NCBI GenBank assembly: GCA_963713605.1 | Contig: CAVQMO010000001.1 | Location: 128,001-192,000 of the forward strand | From: an uncultured Nitrososphaerales archaeon | GTDB taxonomy: Archaea; Thermoproteota; Nitrososphaeria; Nitrososphaerales; Nitrososphaeraceae | Reading direction: 5' to 3' | DNA: 64,000 nt | Part shown: positions 56,730 through 64,000 of the stretch, piece after piece | How positions within the stretch are numbered: the first letter of the stretch is position 1 | Layout: every line of letters begins with the position of its first letter | Program-made: the position numbers and the translations under genes | Notes under the pieces: generated by a model | What the model was told of the DNA's origin: nothing | Databases searched by the model: none | What the model saw: only the letters and a program-made list of their open reading frames with translations

Positions 56730-57254
56730 TCAAACGAGTACGCATGGATGGCCAGTGGCTGACATAACTACTCTACCTTCCTGGTTAAGATGAAACACGT
56801 AATCCACAGATTCAAATTTTCCGGGTTCAGTCTCCCTAAACCCCAACGATAAATTGATGATTCTTCCCTGTATTTCCGTCTCCGTACATTCCTTAAACCT
56901 GAATCTTTTTTCTTCAGGAAAGATCCAACCAGCAACCGCCCGTTTGTGATCAGCTCCAGCATAGCATTCTAATGTTCCCATTACGAACTGATTTGACCTT
57001 GTCAAGACTTGCAGATCTCTAAGCTCACCTGCCAGTTTCAATAATCCTTCGTCATTACCAAAATTTGATCCTCCATCGAAACTAATGGACAGTCGTACGA
57101 ATCCGTCCTTAATGTATATAACCATAATTATATCGTTATTGACAGCATAAAAGCTTAACCGTTCTAAACCGCTACGGTCAAATTGGAATCCTCGACCTTC
57201 ACTCTGCACTGTGCTGCTCATACCTAATGAAGTTCCTCTGTAATTTATAAACAT
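56730..57254 (-). CDS. Hypothetical protein with one Asp-box-like motif
   Basis: ISFDGGSNF. Confidence 0.6.
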   Translation of the reverse strand: MFINYRGTSLGMSSTVQSEGRGFQFDRSGLERLSFYAVNNDIIMVIYIKDGFVRLSISFDGGSNFGNDEGLLKLAGELRDLQVLTRSNQFVMGTLECYAGADHKRAVAGWIFPEEKRFRFKECTETEIQGRIINLSLGFRETEPGKFESVDYVFHLNQEGRVVMSATGHPCVLV

Positions 57255-57331
57255 TATTCACGCAAATTGATTTCATCAATTAGTTAGAAGCGAGGAGTCT
57301 CATTGCGACGCTACATAGGAACAGGCTGGCA

Positions 57332-58675
57332 TTATGAGTCGTCAACCTGCTTAACTTCCCTAATCACAAGATCAAGATATTTCTTTAGTTCTTCTCCGTC
57401 TAATTCCAAGTTTGTTCTAATGTCTGCCTCTATGACGTCCTTATCTTGCAAAATCTTACCTACTGTACGTTGAAGTTCTATATCCATCTCAGCCTGCCCT
57501 ATAAGACCTAAGAGCCTGGAATTCACGGCGTGTCTGTATATGGATTTACGTAAATCCGTATTCACTGCTACAAGTCTTGCGGAGTTGTAGATCCCAAATA
57601 ACATGAGGTATGTACCCAATATCAAGGCAGTACTGGTTGCCAGTCCAAATGGAGGAAATGGACCTAAACTTTGTGACACTGCTTGATTACAAGCGAACGT
57701 CAATAAGATTCCCCACCCAGAGATAATCATGCATGTCTGTATTTTTCGCTCATATCCTACTGTTTTTGATATCCTCCAAAATACTACGCCAAATGTTAAG
57801 CCTCCTATCGGTTTACTTAAAGAGAGAAAGGCTGTTAAAATGATAGAGACCGTGACTGGGTTCGTAGTTGGATATCCTGCGAGTAAATTCATAATGATAA
57901 ATTGGTAAGAGTAATCCACAAGAAAATAAACCAACGGCAGCGATAAAAGAGACCAGTAGGCAATAGAGCCTATTAGATTTTTGGCATAATTCTTCATTAG
58001 TGTCCCCGTAGCGATCCACAGACACAGGAATGCCGCGCCCGAAAATATAGAGTAAAGAATGCTTAGAGTCGAATAACGACCATAAGAGATGTCTATGCTG
58101 CCACCAATGTATATACGTATTTCACTTGGTCTATCGCTCAGATTAAGGGATGTGTACACTGCTGTCACAAGAAGGTTGACCGAGATCAGCGCCATTGAGA
58201 GAAAATAAAGAAAACTTACCAAATCACGATTAGATCTATACCACGAAAAGAACAGTCCCGCCAGAAACAATAGGAACACTGATGATGTTCCATAACTCAA
58301 GAGTATAATGGAAATAGAGATCGAGTTAGAATAATAACCAAGGTAATTTATTTGAATAATCAATATTCCGAAAGTAATTGCGAGAGCGGACAGTGAAATT
58401 AAGGTCATGATATTGAAGAAACTTACATTTAAGCCGCTACGACCTAGTTTATACTTTGTAAACAAATTTCGTAGATGGTAAATGATTAAGAACTGAAGTA
58501 GTAGACAGGTGCTGCTGATAATTGCGAATGCTATAACTCTAATCTGTTTAGAAATGAATTGCTTGTAAATAAGGTCATAGATCTTAACCAAAGATGTATC
58601 TATTAGTAAGACTGCAAAGAGGCAAATCATCAAGAACAAGAGCTTCTTATTTCTGCCATAACTCCGAAGTAACAA
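57332..58675 (-). CDS. Polytopic membrane protein (about 10 TM) with soluble helical C-terminal tail
   Basis: Serial hydrophobic segments; tail LRKSIYRHA..LLGLIGQAEMDIE..ELKKYLDLVIREV. Confidence 0.8.
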   Translation of the reverse strand: MLLRSYGRNKKLLFLMICLFAVLLIDTSLVKIYDLIYKQFISKQIRVIAFAIISSTCLLLQFLIIYHLRNLFTKYKLGRSGLNVSFFNIMTLISLSALAITFGILIIQINYLGYYSNSISISIILLSYGTSSVFLLFLAGLFFSWYRSNRDLVSFLYFLSMALISVNLLVTAVYTSLNLSDRPSEIRIYIGGSIDISYGRYSTLSILYSIFSGAAFLCLWIATGTLMKNYAKNLIGSIAYWSLLSLPLVYFLVDYSYQFIIMNLLAGYPTTNPVTVSIILTAFLSLSKPIGGLTFGVVFWRISKTVGYERKIQTCMIISGWGILLTFACNQAVSQSLGPFPPFGLATSTALILGTYLMLFGIYNSARLVAVNTDLRKSIYRHAVNSRLLGLIGQAEMDIELQRTVGKILQDKDVIEADIRTNLELDGEELKKYLDLVIREVKQVDDS

Positions 58676-58742
58676 TCAGCAATATTATTGGCATCAAGTT
58701 AAACATAATCTTTTTGTATTAGTAATATCTTCTAAAATCGAA

Positions 58743-59453
58743 TTGATATTAAGCATTATTGTAATTTTCTTATCACTACTAGCCTATACATTGGCGGTTT
58801 GGTTCGGAACTACATTTGCAAGTCCTGCTATCGAAATCCTTCCACCCCCACCTACAGAAAAACCTTATGGCATGTCTTACGAGCAACATGTTGAGAACTT
58901 TTATAATTGGCTTATATCACAACCGGCCGATTCCAATCCTTCTAATGATGTGACAGGAAAAGACTGCGCTAATGGACAGGAAAACTTTAATTCATCGGTG
59001 TTTTACCTGGTGGGTGCGGGCGGGGGTGAATTTACAAAAACGTGTGAAATCCCCGCTGGAAAAGCTGTCTTTATACCAGTGATGAGCGTAGAGGTTTCAG
59101 ACAAGGAGGTACCCTATGCATCGGTGGATGACTTACATAGATTGGCAAAGAAGGATCAGGATAGTGTAAATAGTATGGCTCTCAAGATAGGTAATAAAGA
59201 ATATTCTTTCGACGACCTTAAGAAGTATAGGGTTCATACCGGAGATTTTGAGGTTGTCTTTCCCGAGAATGCTATTTTTGGAGCTTCTCCTGGCCCATCC
59301 AAGGCGGTAGGAGACGGTTATCACGTGATAACAAACAAACTCCAAAAAGGAAATTATACGATTGACTACAGTGGAAGTCTTATCTGTCCAGGAAGCGACT
59401 GTCTGGCGCCTAATTTTGCGGAAGATGTAACGTTCAATCTTATAGTAAAATAA
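58743..59453 (+). CDS. Secreted Cys-containing protein of unknown function
   Basis: Signal-like N-terminus; PYGMSY..FYNW, D.TG.DC..GQ, VFYL, TCEIPAGKAVFIP, DGY. Confidence 0.8.
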   Translation: MILSIIVIFLSLLAYTLAVWFGTTFASPAIEILPPPPTEKPYGMSYEQHVENFYNWLISQPADSNPSNDVTGKDCANGQENFNSSVFYLVGAGGGEFTKTCEIPAGKAVFIPVMSVEVSDKEVPYASVDDLHRLAKKDQDSVNSMALKIGNKEYSFDDLKKYRVHTGDFEVVFPENAIFGASPGPSKAVGDGYHVITNKLQKGNYTIDYSGSLICPGSDCLAPNFAEDVTFNLIVK

Positions 59454-59734
59454 GGCAGAATGGACCTGTGAATACGGTAAGGATGCCAAAAATAGGAGTC
59501 ACCCGAAACTGAGTATGTGCGGATAGGAATTTCCTAAGGGCATAGATTGTCTGTGATGGAAAGATCAATTGAAATCTGGTTCCATTGGTTCTACATATGC
59601 AAGTATTATAACTAATAAATAGCTATTTTAGGGGTTCCAAGAAGTTCAGTTTACGAATGATCCATGACCCGATAGTTAACACCCAAAAGCAGAACCCGTC
59701 AAGTTAACAAAGCCTAAGGCCATAAGGCTTAAAT

Positions 59735-60265
59735 ATGTCTCTAGCGATATTACTAGTGATATGTTATCGAATTGGATCTCAAGGGTGGGCAGCTTCGATC
59801 CCGCGTGGTTTCTCGAGACATTATGTATTAAATTTGCTTAAGGATGCTCCTATGACAGGGAAAGAAATTATTGACAGGGCAGTCCTCCAGAGCGACGGAA
59901 AATGGAGGCCTTCTCCTGGTCTAATCTATCCAATGCTAGGTAGGCTTCTAGAAGAAGGACTAATTGAAGAGGCAGAAAACGGTAGGTACAGAATAACTAT
60001 GAAGGGACTAGAAATGGCTTCGGACGTAGAATCGATAAATAACATAATACAAAAGCAGTTAGATGTTATGCTAAGATTCGGAAATGTAGGCAAATTCATG
60101 GCATTGGACCTCATTGATAGAGCTTCTGCCATAGGCACTGCTCTTAGCTCAAACTTAGATAAGATGACGGAACAGGAGAAGGGAAAATATCGAGAATTTC
60201 TCGTTTCCGAGCTCAAGAAACTGGATGACCAAGAACTCAAAGAGAGGAACCTCGAAATAGACTAA
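59735..60265 (+). CDS. PadR-family transcription regulator
   Basis: PMTGKEII..WRPSPGLIYPMLGRLLEEGLI..YRIT.KG. Confidence 0.9.
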   Translation: MSLAILLVICYRIGSQGWAASIPRGFSRHYVLNLLKDAPMTGKEIIDRAVLQSDGKWRPSPGLIYPMLGRLLEEGLIEEAENGRYRITMKGLEMASDVESINNIIQKQLDVMLRFGNVGKFMALDLIDRASAIGTALSSNLDKMTEQEKGKYREFLVSELKKLDDQELKERNLEID

Positions 60266-60529
60266 AATCAAATCTAGTTTACTTTTTTTGTTATCCCCAT
60301 TCACTGCACAATGCTGGGCTGTTAACCCATCATTCGTTGGTGGGTCAATGGCTAAAATATTCACCCGTTAAGAGCGGAAAACATTAAGAATCACTAATGT
60401 AGCACGCAGTGACAATGAATAGGAGAATTTAGTGACCTACGAATTAAAGATTCGTTACCTTTCAATAGTTCTCTCTAGGTATTATTGCCGTCAATATATC
60501 AAGCACTGGTTTGTTCCTGGTCTAGATTG

Positions 60530-61058
60530 TTAGAGGCTTCTCTTTTCATTCTGTTGCGTTGCTTCAAATACATATGATAGAATCTTTTGCAAGTTTACCT
60601 CATATGGTAAGGTAGTATCTACACTTAGATGCCGTCCCTGAACAGGTTCATATATGCTCTTCATTTTGCAATAAACTGAATAACCTGCATCAGAGAAGTC
60701 ATTTTTCCGATTTCTCAATCGCTCTAGCACCATGTCCTCCGGACAGGTGCATTCAATCACATACAGCTGCACATTATTTGAGCGAAGCTTGTTTTCGACT
60801 TCCGTTCTAGATCGTTCTCTGTTAAATGTTGCATCAAGAATACAGTTATTTCCAGCGGCGGTCAAATACTTAGTCAATAACATCAACACGTCGTATATTA
60901 AACGACCTTCAGCCCTTGTATAGGCGGGGTATTTTATTAGCTCTTTCCGTATCTTGTCGGAAGATAATATGCTAGCCCCTGTTCTGGAGGCTACTGACCT
61001 AGCGAGAGTCGTCTTACCTACTCCGGGCAAGCCACAAAGGAGAATAATTACAGGCATC
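60530..61058 (-). CDS. P-loop kinase (AAA_33-like)
   Basis: CGLPGVGKTT, SSDKIRK, ILDATF. Confidence 0.85.
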
Positions 61059-61152
61059 ACAAACGCAATGGCATCAGCATACAGTCTTGAAAATTCGATC
61101 CAGCCCCAGTTGTGACCGGCTAACAACAATAAATCGGTCTTGCGAAGACACC

Positions 61153-61731
61153 CTACTTATTCTTATCATCAGGAAATATGTAATTGATAACCATGTCGAC
61201 GGCTTTATTCTTTAGTCTGTCTTTGTAGTATCCGATACCTTTTGTTGGTGTGTTCAGTGCTTTTTCTCTTGCGACACTATCTACTGGCCTGTGATCAGGA
61301 GCACCTTCAAATCTTATCTGATAATTTTTCATTTTTGAGAAAATGGCTGAATCATAAATATCCTTATGCCAAACCGATCCAACGAGGTACAGATACGGAG
61401 GGTTAGCCCGTTTTTTTATGAATTTAAGCACATAATCAAATGTTTGCTCGATGGTCTTAGGAGAATCAGTAAATAAGATTAGATCTTCTTTAATTCCACC
61501 TTCAATTAGCATCTTTTTTATGGCCAGTCCCGTGTTGGTGTCCACAATGACTAGTACTAGCGTATTGTTACGATCAGGCTTAGAAGTTGTTACAATACGA
61601 TACAAATCGACACATACTCTTACTCGCTCCTCAACATAGTTTGGAACAGTTTCAGTTTCGGTTGCCTCGCTCTCAGTATGTACACCAAAGAGAATAATGA
61701 GATTTCCATCTGTGAAGTGAGGCTGTGACAT
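61153..61731 (-). CDS. Hypothetical protein
   Basis: 192-aa ATG ORF. Confidence 0.7.
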   Translation of the reverse strand: MSQPHFTDGNLIILFGVHTESEATETETVPNYVEERVRVCVDLYRIVTTSKPDRNNTLVLVIVDTNTGLAIKKMLIEGGIKEDLILFTDSPKTIEQTFDYVLKFIKKRANPPYLYLVGSVWHKDIYDSAIFSKMKNYQIRFEGAPDHRPVDSVAREKALNTPTKGIGYYKDRLKNKAVDMVINYIFPDDKNK

Positions 61732-62593
61732 TCAATAGAACATCTACTAGTCGTCATTTATAGGTTGCCTCTTCTCCTTTGTATGCATGACAGAGTTACC
61801 AACCCCAGGATCTATATCATCATAGAAAACACTAGACTATCATGAACAAAAAAATATTGTTTGCTGACAAATAATTTATGATTCTCTGAATGAATGGTCA
61901 TTCTGATAACTAGCATTGGAAATTGAAGTAGTTTCGAGCATAGCGTATCGGATCTTTCGGGAAAAGGATAACAAAGTCAATTCGAAATCTAGCTAAATAT
62001 ACTTACCTCCTCCTTGGGATACTGCATAAACTATCTTAGAGGTACCGATTCTTAGTAAATCTACCTGTCTTTGACGAATAGTCTGAAATATAATTTTTGG
62101 GCACCATCCGCCCGTTAAATCCAGTTATCTAGAAAAAATTATCCGTTGTACCATTAAAAAGCAGATACAAAACATATTGTACTAGTTACTACTACTACCA
62201 CACCTCCGTTCTTGTTTGAGGAATTTAACCAACCAAAAGTAAGTATAGTTCTTAATTTCACGCTGATAAACCTAAGAATTGCAAATTAGTTTGTTCTCGA
62301 CAAAAGATACTGGTTTACTATCTGTTATTTATCTAATAAATACACAAGGGGTATGCAAATATTAGATCCGCGGAATTTCCTCGTTTTTAGTAATATGAAT
62401 AGATTCGATTCTTGGATCCGTATTGGCGTATCCCGATCATTAATCTGAATCAATAAAATAACAAATCTTAGGTTATAATCTTTAATTACCCATGTTTTTA
62501 CTAGTTGATACTAGGATTCGTACCTATTTTATTTTTAGATGATGCTGTAGTCCTCCATAAATATATTGCATGAATATAGTTTAGGGAATTGCA

Positions 62594-62864
62594 GTGAAGA
62601 ATAGGGCTAGAAATGACATTATTGCGATGATCCTGAGAAGCTGCTCAAGGCAGAGGGACAAGTAAAACGAAGATCATGTTTAAGGCTTATCTATCAACCA
62701 ATCAATTAAGGGAATATCTTGCAGAATTATTGGATAATGGGCTTGTTAAATATGATGAAGATAGAAAAACATATCAGATAACTCACAAAGGAGAAAGGTA
62801 TCTGGAACTTTATAGTGGTATGGAAAGAATGATACCAATGGACAACATGAAAGTTGAAGAATAA
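62594..62864 (+). CDS. Winged-helix regulator (same family as 51943); +1 frameshift near 62636
   Basis: GTG KNRARNDIIAMIL / EAAQGRGTSKTKIMFKAYLS..QLREYL. Confidence 0.8.
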
Positions 62865-63381
62865 AACAGATCGGTGTGACATTTTACTGCTGAGGTACGA
62901 CAAAAGAAGTCAAGAAACAATATATATGTAGTAACGATCATTGCAATAATATCACGACGGTTATGAAAATTGTTACGGAATTAATTTTATGAATGAAATT
63001 TACTCTTTTAACCTTTTCTACAAATTATCTCTCGAAGTAGAGAATAGAGATATCTAGACTGTTACTCATTGTAACGGTCTTGGAGGGTGTAAGAAGAAAT
63101 CTTGGTATACGCATTTTTTTAGAAACATGAAATTTTCTTCAAAAGTATTTGTAGGGTCATTATTAAGAGGAAGTTGAAGCAATACAATTAATGTATTGTT
63201 ATTACTAATTTTCGTAGATAAAATAGGTTAGTATTATTACCGGAGTAGGATATCTTTTATTGATGGTAATAGTCAGCAATTTTTTCAATGGAAAGTTTTA
63301 TCTCCAACCTGACATGTTTTTCCTTTAAAATGATACGTTTTTATTAGATGTTCGCTGGGGTAATATTGGTAGGTCTTAGAA

Positions 63382-63687
63382 ATAGGCAAAAGGAAAGTAC
63401 TGAGCGAGTCTCATTTGAAGGAATTAGTCCTCCCACAGGATGGACAATTGCTGGGCAGGGTTATTAAGCTTGTAGGGGGAGACAATGTGGTTGTCAAGTG
63501 CACAGATGGAGAAGTAAGGGTATGTCGTATTAGTGGAAAAATAAAGAGAAGAATGTGGATTAGAGATAATGATGTTGTGTTGGTAGCTCCATGGGATTTT
63601 CAATCGTCCAAAGCAGATGTTGTATGGAGGTATATTAGAGCACACGCGGAGAAATTACAGCAGGATGGTTATCTTAATAATGTTTGA
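63382..63687 (+). CDS. eif1a: Translation initiation factor aIF-1A (apparent ATA start)
   Basis: GRVIKLVGG...CRISGKIKRRMWIRDNDVVLVAPWDFQSSKADVVWRY; in-frame N-terminal (ATA)GKRKVLSESHL. Confidence 0.93.
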   Translation: MGKRKVLSESHLKELVLPQDGQLLGRVIKLVGGDNVVVKCTDGEVRVCRISGKIKRRMWIRDNDVVLVAPWDFQSSKADVVWRYIRAHAEKLQQDGYLNNV

Positions 63688-64000
63688 GATTATGGCAGAA
63701 TAATCTGTGTAAATAACGCATAAGTCACTAGGGTTTAATTTTGACAGAATTTCTCGGCAAAATGTGCATGCCTCTTTATATCCAAACCTTTCAAATCTCT
63801 GGTGGCAATCTGCATTCAAGAATTTTTGGGGTTTGATTCTGAACAGGATTTTTAGAATTTTTGGGTTCGTTTAATTAATACGTTTACCTAATGTGATTAA
63901 CTTAAGTACTATTAGTTCGGTTTTGAATCTGCAACCCAATGACTTAATGTTGATTATTATGATTACCTGTAAAAGGATGACTCTTTCGAACTAGGTGGGC

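Overview
AT-rich archaeal chromosomal window. The gene set points to a soil ammonia-oxidising archaeon (Nitrososphaeraceae-like): aIF-1A, RtcB, PDCD5-like protein, futalosine-pathway mqnC/E/D, ComA-HTH, class III PhaC, intron-containing tRNA and TATA-type promoters. (1) The region 3.4-16.2 kb is an iron island marked by 10 exact and 2 near-exact copies of a 14-bp palindrome TTAG-N6-CTAA (DtxR/SirR-like), four of them as abutting pairs. Boxes lie between TATA and ATG for FTR1, an operon of two unknown microproteins, a wHTH regulator and a hydantoinase-like gene, but upstream of the TATA for the ferritin-like gene. (2) Two box pairs head a duplicated, apparently non-coding module carrying an anti-SD motif, a candidate iron-repressed sRNA, next to a duplicated C2H2 microprotein. 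(3) A tRNA-Gly(TCC) with two BHB introns (37/38 and 53/54) sits back-to-back with rtcB. (4) aIF-1A appears to start at ATA. (5) A divergent multi-TM protein / secreted protein pair has a decayed paralog nearby. (6) Integrase and other mobile-element scars are present. Many genes, including rtcB, are broken by apparent +1 insertions, so many splits are probably sequencing errors. Taxonomy and family calls come from motif recognition by eye, not database searches.
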